Positions 51,263 through 59,635 of a DNA stretch of 64,000 nucleotides are shown here, in pieces; the first letter of the stretch is position 1, and the number at the start of each line of letters is the position of its first letter. Source of the stretch: Thermovirgaceae bacterium (GTDB taxonomy: Bacteria; Synergistota; Synergistia; Synergistales; Thermovirgaceae). Position numbers and translations under genes: made by a program. Under the pieces are notes generated by a model that saw nothing but the letters and a program-made list of their open reading frames with translations, was not told where the DNA came from and ran no database searches. The stretch lies in the NCBI GenBank assembly GCA_040767805.1, contig JAXGNU010000001.1, forward strand, positions 32,001-96,000, read 5' to 3'.

Positions 51263-52078
51263 TCAGGGCTTTTGATCAAGGTCGGTGACGGGGGAATAAA
51301 GGAGGGGGTTCCTGCCCCCCGTGAAGGGAAGCTTTTTCCTGGTCTTGCCAACCATGGCCGGTTCGATGGATACGCTGGCGGTCATCTCCCCCTCGTCGGG
51401 ACAGCGGGTGACCGTGGAACCGTCGGGCCCGAAGACGAGGGACCTCCCGCCGAAGACCTGGCCGCTCCCTTCCCCACTCCGGTTGCAGCCGATCACGAAG
51501 ACCTGGTTTTCGATTGCCCTCGCCCGGAGGAGGGTCTCCCAGTGATCGATCCTCGCCGTGGGCCATTCGGCCGGGATCACGATCAGTTCGGCCCCCGCTA
51601 GTGCCAGGGACCTGACGAATTCGGGAAACCTTATGTCGTAACAAATCGCGATCGCCGACGGGATACCCATGAGGTCGAAAAGAAAGGGGCCCACGCCGGC
51701 CTCGAAAAACAGGGGTTCGTCAAGCAGGGGGAACAAATGGGCCTTGTCATAGGACCCCACGACCTCCCCCGAGTCCCCAATGAAGAAGGCCCGGTTGTAC
51801 AATTCGCCGGTAGGCTCCACCCAGGGCAGGCTTCCACCGATGAGGAAAAACCCCTTTTCGGCGCACGCCCCGGACATCATTTCCAGGGCCGAGGGGCTGG
51901 ACAGGGCATGCTCCCTTAACCCTGCGTTGTCGTAGGAGCAGGTCCACAGTTCGGGCAGTACCACCAGCGAGGGCCCCCCGGGGATCCCTTCAAGGTGTTT
52001 CTCCATCCTGGCGATATTCGCTGAAGGGTTGCCCCACAGGACATCAGACTGGATAATATGTACGGTGAGTTCTTTCAA
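51263..52078 (-). CDS. Carbon-nitrogen hydrolase (nitrilase superfamily amidase)
   Basis: Glu-Lys-Cys triad: LPELW, YDKAHLF, ICYDIRFPE; RAIENQ. TTG start at 52078 with GAGGGGG RBS. Confidence 0.92.
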   Translation of the reverse strand: MKELTVHIIQSDVLWGNPSANIARMEKHLEGIPGGPSLVVLPELWTCSYDNAGLREHALSSPSALEMMSGACAEKGFFLIGGSLPWVEPTGELYNRAFFIGDSGEVVGSYDKAHLFPLLDEPLFFEAGVGPFLFDLMGIPSAIAICYDIRFPEFVRSLALAGAELIVIPAEWPTARIDHWETLLRARAIENQVFVIGCNRSGEGSGQVFGGRSLVFGPDGSTVTRCPDEGEMTASVSIEPAMVGKTRKKLPFTGGRNPLLYSPVTDLDQKP

Positions 52079-52115
52079 GGTCTTTTCCCCCTCGATCCTC
52101 GCTGGAGGTGATTTT

Positions 52116-52523
52116 TTGAACAGACTGGCAAGGTTCAGCGTATCCCTTCCCGCGCCCCTTTTGGAAAAATTCGACTCCTGGGTCGAGACACGGGGTTTCC
52201 GTAACAGGTCCGAAGCCCTGAGAGAGCTGATCCGGCGTTTTATCTCCGAATCATGCTGGGAAGACGGCGAGAAGACCGTCTTCGGGACCGTCACCCTCAC
52301 CTACGATCATCACTCCGGCGATTCGGCCCGGGAAATAACCAGCCTCCAGCATGATTTCGGAGACCTCATAATCTGCTCGACCCACATCCATGCCGACCAT
52401 CACCACTGTTTCGAGAGCGTCGTTTTTCACGGCAGGGCATCCAGGGTCAAGGAGTTCATCCGTCAATTGAGCGGGCTACGGGATGTCTCCAGTTCCGACC
52501 CGGTCATTACCACGATCCCCTGA
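52116..52523 (+). CDS. nikR: Nickel-responsive regulator NikR
   Basis: RHH domain RFSVS...NRSEALRELIR; YDHH; QH...THIH...C Ni ligands; GGAGGTG RBS before TTG 52116. Confidence 0.95.
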   Translation: MNRLARFSVSLPAPLLEKFDSWVETRGFRNRSEALRELIRRFISESCWEDGEKTVFGTVTLTYDHHSGDSAREITSLQHDFGDLIICSTHIHADHHHCFESVVFHGRASRVKEFIRQLSGLRDVSSSDPVITTIP

Positions 52524-52579
52524 AGCGGGGAGCCAGGGTCGCAGATCCTCATCGGTGACGACCGTCACCGTCAGATGCC

Positions 52580-52741
52580 TCACCCGGCGGGGGCGCATTT
52601 CCCCTTCTTTTTCCTGGGGTTGCCCTTGATGACGATGAGCGTTCGCCCGCGACACTCGGGGCAACGCAACACCTGCTCTTCCTCGGCCAAGTCGAACTCC
52701 TTGCCGCAGGAGGCGCACCGGTAAGTGGTCTTTCCAGCCAT
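52580..52741 (-). CDS. 53-aa zinc-ribbon microprotein, not in the ORF track (may extend through UGA codons)
   Basis: Hand translation: MAGKTTYRCASCGKEFDLAEEEQVLRCPECRGRTLIVIKGNPRKKKGKCAPAG*; two CxxC motifs; purine-rich RBS-like GAGGAAGTGA upstream. Confidence 0.85.
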   Translation of the reverse strand: MAGKTTYRCASCGKEFDLAEEEQVLRCPECRGRTLIVIKGNPRKKKGKCAPAG

Positions 52742-52802
52742 TACTCTCACTTCCTCAGGATGGGCCTTTTCCGCCCGCCACCGCGGAACCAGGGGGCGCG
52801 GC

Positions 52803-53750
52803 TTAAAGATCCCCTATCGTGGATACCATTATCGCCTTTATGGTATGAAGCCTGTTCTCCGCCTCATCGAATACCTTGGAGTTCCTGGATTCGAAGACCT
52901 CCTCCGTCACCTCGTTCCCCTTCACGGCCGGCAGGCAATGAAGGAAAATGCAGTCGGCATTCCCAGTGGCTTTCAGAAGGTCGGAATTGACCTGGTAAGG
53001 CTTCAGCAGGGCCACCCTTTCGGCGAGCTTGTCCTCTTCCCCCATCGAGGCCCAAACGTCGGTGTAGATTGCGTCGGCCTTGCTGACGGCCTTACGCGGG
53101 TCCTCGTAGAATTCGATCGTGGCCCCCGTATCGGAAGCGATCATCCTGCATTCTTCCACGAGGTCCTTTTCGGGGAAGAGGCCTCCCGGGGCGGCGATAG
53201 CGAAATGGATCCCCATCTTGGCCGAACCGATCATCAGGGAATTGGCCATATTGTTCCTTCCATCCCCAACATAGACCAGCCTGAGTCCTTTCAGTTTTCC
53301 GAAATTCTCCTGTATCGTCAGGAAATCGGCGAGGATCTGGGTGGGGTGATACTGGTCGGTGAGGCCGTTCCAGACGGGAACACCAGAGTAAAGGGCCAGG
53401 TCTTCAACAACGGACTGTTTGAAACCACGATACTGTATCCCGTCGAACATCCTGCCCAGGACCTTGGCGGTGTCCTTGACGGACTCCTTGTGCCCCAGCT
53501 GGATATCGTTCTTTCCCAGGAATTCCGGGTGCCCGCCCTCGTCGACGCAGGCCACGGTGAAGGCACACCTCGTCCTGGTGGAAGGCTTTTCGAAGATAAG
53601 GGCGATGCTCTTACCGGCAAGGGTGTTGCCCCTTATCCCCATCCTCTTTTTCTCCTTCAACGAGACCGAAAGGTCGAGCAGGTACTGGATCTCCCCGGTG
53701 GTGAAATCCTTAAGGGTGAGAAAACTTCTTCCTCTCAGGTTGATCGGCAT
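52803..53750 (-). CDS. argF: Ornithine carbamoyltransferase (probably catabolic, ArcB role)
   Basis: [31 protein letters not shown]; follows arcA; start at ATG 53750. Confidence 0.96.
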   Translation of the reverse strand: MPINLRGRSFLTLKDFTTGEIQYLLDLSVSLKEKKRMGIRGNTLAGKSIALIFEKPSTRTRCAFTVACVDEGGHPEFLGKNDIQLGHKESVKDTAKVLGRMFDGIQYRGFKQSVVEDLALYSGVPVWNGLTDQYHPTQILADFLTIQENFGKLKGLRLVYVGDGRNNMANSLMIGSAKMGIHFAIAAPGGLFPEKDLVEECRMIASDTGATIEFYEDPRKAVSKADAIYTDVWASMGEEDKLAERVALLKPYQVNSDLLKATGNADCIFLHCLPAVKGNEVTEEVFESRNSKVFDEAENRLHTIKAIMVSTIGDL

Positions 53751-53794
53751 TCCATTCCCCTCCTGTATTCTTATGAATTGCCGTTTCGGCCTTG

Positions 53795-55027
53795 CTAATC
53801 CCGGGTCAGGGGCATGCTCATGCACCTGGGGCCTCCCCGGCCCCTGCCGAGCTCGGCGCCCTTGACCTCGAAGACCTTTATCCCGTTGGCCTGGAGTACC
53901 CGGTTGGAGACGACATTCCTTCTATAAGTGATGACGACCCCGGGGGCGATCGCCAGGGTGTTGGTCCCGTCATTCCACTGGTCCCTTGCCGCAGCGACGG
54001 GGTCTCCGCCCCCTGTTTCGATGAAACGGATCGTATCAAGGTGGAGCACTTTTCTCAGGCAATCACCCAAGTTCCGGTGTTCAATGATAGAGGTGATCTC
54101 CCCCACGGGGGAGTACTCGAGCTGCCATATCCGGATGTATTCCTTCACTTCCGGGTAAATGGTGAAAGCGTCATGGTCCACCATGGTGAAGACCGTGTCA
54201 AGGTGCATGGCCGCCCGGCTTTTGGGGATATCTACCGCTAAAACGGTCTTGACCCCGGCTTTTTCAGCGATCCTCTTGCCGACGATCTGCAGGGTCCCCG
54301 CCGCGGTCCTTTGGCTGATACCGATGGCAACCACGGAATCCGAGAGGACAAGGATATCCCCCCCCTCGATGCGGTAAGGATAGGTATCGCGAGGGTGGTC
54401 CCCAAAGAGGAATTCTGTGCCTTTGAAATAGGGGTGGTTCTTGAATATGTAGCGGGCGTAGAGTGGTTCCTTTCTCCGGGCCTCGAAGGACATGACACTA
54501 ATTATTACACCTGAATTAATAAATGAGAAGGGATCCCTCTGGAAATAGAGGTTGGGGAGAGGGTGGATCAGGAAATCCCGGTCGCCCATTGCCCTCAGGA
54601 CGAGGCTCCTGCAGGGGGGGAGGATCTCCAGGGCTTCCATTTTTGTGAGGCCGGCGATGAGTATTTCGGCAAGTTCGCTGGCGCTCACTTCCATGAGAAC
54701 ACCCTTGAGGGCCGAGACCAGGGGGATGTCGATAGCCTCAAGGGCGAGCACTTCATCGAGGAGAGAGTCCCTGACAGAGTCTTCCCCGAGCACGTGGGAA
54801 AGGCAATTCCTGAAGTAAACCACCTCCACCCCGTTGTCCCGAAGGAGGTCGGCAAAGGTGTCGTGTTCCTTTTGAGCCTCTTCCAGCCAGAGTATATCGT
54901 CGAAGAGAAGTTCATCCTTGTTGTCAATGGTGAGGCGTTCCAGTTCCTTGCCGGGCCTGTGAAGCATGACCCTTTTCAGTTTACCGACTTCCGACGATAC
55001 GCTGAAAGAACCGTCCTCATTGGCCAC
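53795..55027 (-). CDS. arcA: Arginine deiminase
   Basis: [46 protein letters not shown]. Confidence 0.98.
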   Translation of the reverse strand: MANEDGSFSVSSEVGKLKRVMLHRPGKELERLTIDNKDELLFDDILWLEEAQKEHDTFADLLRDNGVEVVYFRNCLSHVLGEDSVRDSLLDEVLALEAIDIPLVSALKGVLMEVSASELAEILIAGLTKMEALEILPPCRSLVLRAMGDRDFLIHPLPNLYFQRDPFSFINSGVIISVMSFEARRKEPLYARYIFKNHPYFKGTEFLFGDHPRDTYPYRIEGGDILVLSDSVVAIGISQRTAAGTLQIVGKRIAEKAGVKTVLAVDIPKSRAAMHLDTVFTMVDHDAFTIYPEVKEYIRIWQLEYSPVGEITSIIEHRNLGDCLRKVLHLDTIRFIETGGGDPVAAARDQWNDGTNTLAIAPGVVITYRRNVVSNRVLQANGIKVFEVKGAELGRGRGGPRCMSMPLTRD

Positions 55028-55088
55028 GAGTGATACCTCCCCGTTCCCCTGTATTTACTCCAAGGATTAGTATAAGCCATCGGCGGGG

Positions 55089-55113
55089 AAAAAATGGGAA
55101 CAGGGCCATTCCC
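55089..55113 (-). terminator. Intrinsic terminator candidate between speB and arcA
   Basis: GGGAAUG-GCCC-UGUUCCC stem followed by AUUUUUU. Confidence 0.55.
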
Positions 55114-55199
55114 CTGACGCCCAGGGGCCTCTTTGCGGTCCCTCCGGGGGGACCGGCCCGTCCCGGTAAGGTGGCGGGAATGCGGCCAGGGTGAGGCTC

Positions 55200-56054
55200 T
55201 TAAGAGTTTCCCCTTCCCCACATGATCAGGCATTCCCGGGTCAACCGGGCTGCCAGGACGGACGTTATGCCGTTAATGTCATTGGGGGGGCTTACCTCTA
55301 CGATGTCGAAGCCGATCATCCGGAGGTCCTTCATGAGGGTCAGGGCTTGAAGGACCTCCCGGGCCGAAAAACCGCAAGGTTCCGGGGTGCCCGTGCCAGG
55401 GGCCTCTCCCGGGTCGACGATGTCGATATCGAGGGAAAGGTAGACCGGCCTCCGCCCCAGCATGGGGATGACATCCTTCAGGGGGGTCGACAGTTCGAGG
55501 GGGAAGAAGGAGGTGTTATCCCTTCCCCACCGGTACTCAACGGCCGACGCGGACCTTATGCCGAACTGGAAAAGAAGGGAAGGGCTCACGAGACAGCTCT
55601 CCGCAACGCGGCGCATGACGGTGGCATGGTTTTTCCCTGTTCCCCGGTAGCGGTCCCTCAAGTCCGCGTGGGCATCGAGGTGGATGACCGCCAAATCGGG
55701 GTAGATTTCCGAAGCGGCTTCCAACACGGGGAGTGTCGCGAGGTGTTCGCCGCCCAGGGTGGCGACCTTGAGGCCCCTGCGGAAAAAGCTCGAGGAAACC
55801 GCCTTGATAGTTTCAAGGGAAAGGTGTAGGTCACCGGGGGCAAGCTCGATGTCCCCGACATCCGCGAAGGGAACGTCCTGAAGGTCTCCGAGGAGAAGGG
55901 TGCTGAAAGTTTCCAGGTGCCGCGATTCCCTCCTTATGGCACGGGGACCCTCCGAGGTCCCGTGAAGGCGGGATACGGTCATGTCGAGGGGAACCCCCTG
56001 GAGGACCCACGTCACGCCTTTCATGGACCTTCGGCTCGCGATGAACCTGTCCAA
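55200..56054 (-). CDS. speB: Agmatinase (ureohydrolase family)
   Basis: GGEH, HLDAHADL, SLDIDIVDP..APGTGTPE, DIVEV; clustered with speE and pdaD. Confidence 0.93.
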   Translation of the reverse strand: MDRFIASRRSMKGVTWVLQGVPLDMTVSRLHGTSEGPRAIRRESRHLETFSTLLLGDLQDVPFADVGDIELAPGDLHLSLETIKAVSSSFFRRGLKVATLGGEHLATLPVLEAASEIYPDLAVIHLDAHADLRDRYRGTGKNHATVMRRVAESCLVSPSLLFQFGIRSASAVEYRWGRDNTSFFPLELSTPLKDVIPMLGRRPVYLSLDIDIVDPGEAPGTGTPEPCGFSAREVLQALTLMKDLRMIGFDIVEVSPPNDINGITSVLAARLTRECLIMWGRGNS

Positions 56055-56056
56055 GG

Positions 56057-56905
56057 CTACTCGTCCCGTTCGTTCAGCAGTTCTTCCAGGAAAGGAGGGA
56101 GAACAAAAGAGGCCCTGTGGACTCGGTCGGAATAGTAATTGGTCATCCCGGGGAGGGCACTCATCGGTTTTTCGGGGTCATGAACCTTTGACCCCGCCAG
56201 GTAGGTCCACATCCCCGTCGGGTAAGTAGGCATCACTCCCCAGTAAACCTTGACGATGGGGAATACTTTTTTCATTTCCAACGCAGACCCTGTCAGTATG
56301 TCAGGATCAGTAAAGGGAGATTCGGTCTGGGCCGCGACAAGTCCCTCCTCATTGAGCGCTCGATGGACATCCCTGTAAAAGGGTTCGCGGAAAAGCCCCT
56401 CAGCGAAATCAACGGGGTCGGTGCTGTCTACTATAACGACGTCGAATTCACTCTTCTTGCCCCTGACATATTCAAGGGCATCCATCGTCAAAACGGTGGC
56501 CTTAGGGTCTTCCAGGCCGGCGCTCAACGAGGGGAAAAATTGCTTCGAGGCGTTTATGACCTCCTGATCGATATCGACCAGGACCACTTCCTCGACAGTA
56601 GGGTGTTTGACCGCTTCCCGGGCGCTCCCCCCGTCCCCGCCACCAACAATGAGGACCCGTCGCGGGCTCGGGTGGGCCGTGAGGACCACATGGGCCAGCA
56701 TTTCATGGTAAGTGAACTCGTCCTTTTCTGTCACCTGGATCGCGCCGTCGAGGGCCATCAGTCTTCCGTACTGGTCCGTTTCTACTACGAGGAGGTGCTG
56801 GAAGGGAGTCTGGAAATTGGCCAGGACCTTTGTGATGCTCAGGCCCAACCTTAAATGCCTTGTCTGGTACTCGGTGAACCAGATGTCGTTGTGTCTCTTT
56901 TGCAT
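56057..56905 (-). CDS. speE: Polyamine aminopropyltransferase (spermidine synthase)
   Basis: WFTE, LDG.IQ, YHEM, VGGGDGG, VDSTDP, PTYP.G.W; start at ATG 56905. Confidence 0.96.
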   Translation of the reverse strand: MQKRHNDIWFTEYQTRHLRLGLSITKVLANFQTPFQHLLVVETDQYGRLMALDGAIQVTEKDEFTYHEMLAHVVLTAHPSPRRVLIVGGGDGGSAREAVKHPTVEEVVLVDIDQEVINASKQFFPSLSAGLEDPKATVLTMDALEYVRGKKSEFDVVIVDSTDPVDFAEGLFREPFYRDVHRALNEEGLVAAQTESPFTDPDILTGSALEMKKVFPIVKVYWGVMPTYPTGMWTYLAGSKVHDPEKPMSALPGMTNYYSDRVHRASFVLPPFLEELLNERDE

Positions 56906-56922
56906 CCCCGTAAACCCTTTTC

Positions 56923-57393
56923 CTAAAAAGGGTAGAAAAGCGGGCAGCCTGCGAAGACGGTCCCGCATTCTCTTACAACGTGATCGATAGCCTTGACCTT
57001 GACCTCCTTGAGGCCCAGCGAGCGCATTGCAAAGGCCTCCCTCACCATTTCCTCGACCTTTATCGCAGCTTCCGACCCTGGGCAAAACCCGGAGAATTCG
57101 AAGATCATTCCGAAAGAATCGGGATCTTCCGGTACGCCCACGCCTATCGCGGCGGAAATGGTCTCACCGGGAACATCGCTGGTGATCGAACCATAGGCGA
57201 TGGGGAGAAGAGAGCCAAAGGGCATCTTAAGTTCCGTTCTGAAAGCGCATTTCGGCGGGAGGACGCTGCTCACGCGGAGAAGGTTCATATTACCGACCCC
57301 GGCATCTAGAAGGGCTGAATCGAAGGACGTCAGTTTCTTTTTTCCCTCACCGCGGCCCACGACGAGCGAAAATAGTTCCGGCACGGGCAACAT
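56923..57393 (-). CDS. pdaD: Pyruvoyl-dependent arginine decarboxylase
   Basis: SFDSALLDAGVGNMNLLRVSSVLP with the Ser-Ser autocleavage site; G.IFE. Confidence 0.92.
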   Translation of the reverse strand: MLPVPELFSLVVGRGEGKKKLTSFDSALLDAGVGNMNLLRVSSVLPPKCAFRTELKMPFGSLLPIAYGSITSDVPGETISAAIGVGVPEDPDSFGMIFEFSGFCPGSEAAIKVEEMVREAFAMRSLGLKEVKVKAIDHVVRECGTVFAGCPLFYPF

Positions 57394-57440
57394 TACATGG
57401 CAACCTCCCCTCGATGGTCATTCCCAAAAAAGCGCATATC

Positions 57441-57468
57441 ATTATATCGTCAGAAGGGGGGGTGTCAA
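57441..57468 (-). promoter_or_regulatory. Consensus sigma70 promoter for pdaD-speE-speB
   Basis: TTGACA-16 nt-TATAAT on the minus strand. Confidence 0.8.
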
Positions 57469-57477
57469 TTGAGTGGG

Positions 57478-58533
57478 TCAGGGAGAAATGAAACCCCTCT
57501 CCCTGCAAACCGCCAGGAACCTCGAGGGCAATTCCCCGGGGTCACAGGATTCGATGGCCTTCCCCCCGGAAAAGAGCATGATCCCCGACGGTGTTCCGGC
57601 GATGCCGATATCGGAATCCGCCGCTTCCCCAGGGCCGTTCACTTCGCAACCCATGACCGCGACCTTCAGGTCCTTCCCGAGTTTGACCAGGTAGGGCTCA
57701 ATGAGGCCCACCAGGAAATCCACATCGACCCTCCTCCTGCCGCAGCCCGGGCAGGAGACCAGTTCCGCCTCGAATCGCCTGATACCCGAAGACTGCAGGA
57801 TCCTCTTGCCGACGATCACTTCCTCCCGGGAGGTACCGGTGAGGCTGATCCTTATAGTATCGCCGATCCCGCTCCCGAGCAGCGACCCGACGGCGACAGA
57901 GCTCTTTATTATTCCCCTTTGACCCGGCCCAGACTCGGTCAACCCTATATGGACAGGGTGTTCGAAAGTTGACGCGATCAGCGAATTGGCCCTCAGGGTC
58001 GTCTTTATGGATGAGGATTTCGCCGAGAGGATCATTTCTTCGACGCCCCAGTCCAGCAGGATCCCCACCTGTTCGCTGACGGCATTGAACAAGGCCCTGC
58101 CGGCATCCCCGCCGGCTTTTTCCATTTGGGACCTCGAGAGCGAGCCCGAGTTCGCCCCTATCCTCACCACTACCCCATTGTCCCTGACGGCGCGGCTCAA
58201 CTCACTCATACCCCGATGACCCCCCATGTTACCCGGGTTGATCCTGACGGACCGGCAACCGGAGTCGATCGCCCTGATGGCAAGTCGATGGTCAAAATGG
58301 ATGTCGGCCATTACCTCGATCGGGGAGCCTTCGATCAATCGCGATAACTCCCGGGAAAGTCCCACCTCCGGGAAGGCCACCCTGACGAGTTCGCAACCCT
58401 CCTCTGCCAGGGACCGGGCTTCCTCAAGGCACCCGGGGAGGTCCTGAAGGGGGGTCTTAAGCATGCTTTCCACCCTGACGGGGAAGCCATTCCCCACCCC
58501 AAGAGATCCCACCATTACAGTTCTACCCGCCAT
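57478..58533 (-). CDS. ispG: (E)-4-hydroxy-3-methylbut-2-enyl-diphosphate synthase
   Basis: ADIHFD, RINPGN, RIGANSGSL, GDTIRISL, SCPGCGR, MGCEVNGPGE. Confidence 0.97.
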   Translation of the reverse strand: MAGRTVMVGSLGVGNGFPVRVESMLKTPLQDLPGCLEEARSLAEEGCELVRVAFPEVGLSRELSRLIEGSPIEVMADIHFDHRLAIRAIDSGCRSVRINPGNMGGHRGMSELSRAVRDNGVVVRIGANSGSLSRSQMEKAGGDAGRALFNAVSEQVGILLDWGVEEMILSAKSSSIKTTLRANSLIASTFEHPVHIGLTESGPGQRGIIKSSVAVGSLLGSGIGDTIRISLTGTSREEVIVGKRILQSSGIRRFEAELVSCPGCGRRRVDVDFLVGLIEPYLVKLGKDLKVAVMGCEVNGPGEAADSDIGIAGTPSGIMLFSGGKAIESCDPGELPSRFLAVCRERGFISP

Positions 58534-58558
58534 ATCCCTTTTCGACCCCCTTTCGGCC

Positions 58559-59605
58559 CTACCGGGCCACTGGAAGGAGTTTGATCAAATCCTTCCAGGA
58601 GACGAATATGAGCAGAATGATCAAAAGGATGAAACCCGCAAGGTGAACCAGGCTCTCCCATCTTTCGGGGAGCTTCTTCCCTGTCATGATCTCCCCCATG
58701 ACGAGGAGGATCCTCCCCCCGTCGAGGGCCGGGAAGGGGAGCAGGTTCAGGATGCCCAGGTGGAGGCTGATCATTGACAGGAAGGCGAGAAAGGTCCAGA
58801 AACCCTCCCTGGCCGCCTTCCCCGCCATTGACGCTATCCCCAGGGGACCGGTGATCTCGACCTGGCCGTTCCCCGTCGCCCACGACCATATCCCCTTTAC
58901 GATATCGATGCTGAAATCCCCTATGTAACCCAGGGAGCCTGAAAGGGCCTTGATGAAGGGGTATCTTTTCATGGAAGGTCTTATCCCCAGAAGCGGGACC
59001 TTGTATTCCGGTGACAGGGGCACCCTGCCCCGGAGCACATGGATCACGCCGTCCCGTTCAAAGGTCAATTCCACCGGCCCCAGTACGGCTTTTTCCCTTA
59101 TGGTGGATGAAAGGGCGGCCCAATCCTCCACGGACACCCCGGAGACCTCTTTTATCAGGTCCCCCGGTCGTAGGCCCAGCTCCTCCGCCGGGTATCCCTC
59201 CATGACCTCCCCGATGCGGGTGCTCCCCAGGTCCATTATCCCGTGTCCCCAGAGGAGGAGGGCCGTGAAGAGGATCGCCAGTACAATGTTCGAAACCGAG
59301 CCGCCGCCGAGTATCGCCAGGCGTTTCCAGGGTGACTTCTCGGCGAAGGACATGCCGGGCAGCACCTCTTCCTCTCCCTGCTCTTCCGACATTCCAGCCA
59401 GCCGGACGAACCCCCCGACCGGCACCGCCCTAATGGACCAGGTCATGCCGCCCCTTTTCCACCCGGCGAGGAGAGGCCCCATCCCGAAGGAGAACTCGTG
59501 GACCTGGACACCCGCGGACCTGGCGACCACGAGGTGCCCGAACTCGTGCGAAATAACGCAGATCGCTATCACCAATACAAAAGCCAGCGCGCTCAAGCCC
59601 ATCAT
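58559..59605 (-). CDS. rseP: RIP metalloprotease RseP
   Basis: HEFGH, FSFGMGP, PDZ domain, NLLPFPALDGG. Confidence 0.96.
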   Translation of the reverse strand: MMGLSALAFVLVIAICVISHEFGHLVVARSAGVQVHEFSFGMGPLLAGWKRGGMTWSIRAVPVGGFVRLAGMSEEQGEEEVLPGMSFAEKSPWKRLAILGGGSVSNIVLAILFTALLLWGHGIMDLGSTRIGEVMEGYPAEELGLRPGDLIKEVSGVSVEDWAALSSTIREKAVLGPVELTFERDGVIHVLRGRVPLSPEYKVPLLGIRPSMKRYPFIKALSGSLGYIGDFSIDIVKGIWSWATGNGQVEITGPLGIASMAGKAAREGFWTFLAFLSMISLHLGILNLLPFPALDGGRILLVMGEIMTGKKLPERWESLVHLAGFILLIILLIFVSWKDLIKLLPVAR

Positions 59606-59635
59606 TTCATCCCTTCCGAGCCGCGAATAACCCGC

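Noticed and set aside
52079..52300. N-terminal 74-aa extension of the nitrilase ORF
   Set aside because: It is antisense to nikR; family similarity and the RBS support a start at TTG 52078.
52553..52570. Guanidine-II-like ACGA-loop hairpin on the plus strand
   Set aside because: ACGA is not the loop of the stable stem, there is no tandem second hairpin, and it is not in a 5' UTR.
52476..52718. 80-aa minus-strand ORF in the ORF track
   Set aside because: Wrong frame; the frame starting at 52741 has the two CxxC motifs and an ATG with an RBS.
52725..53798. 357-aa plus-strand ORF, and similar long antisense ORFs such as 36594-37502, 25826-26686 and 7087-7908
   Set aside because: These are antisense shadows of well-supported genes, expected at high GC, with no recognisable motifs.
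53751..53825. 'MHEH' N-terminal extension of the OTC ORF, resembling the HypA MHE nickel motif
   Set aside because: It overlaps the conserved arcA C-terminus in another frame, and the OTC start at 53750 (MPINL) fits better. Judged coincidental.
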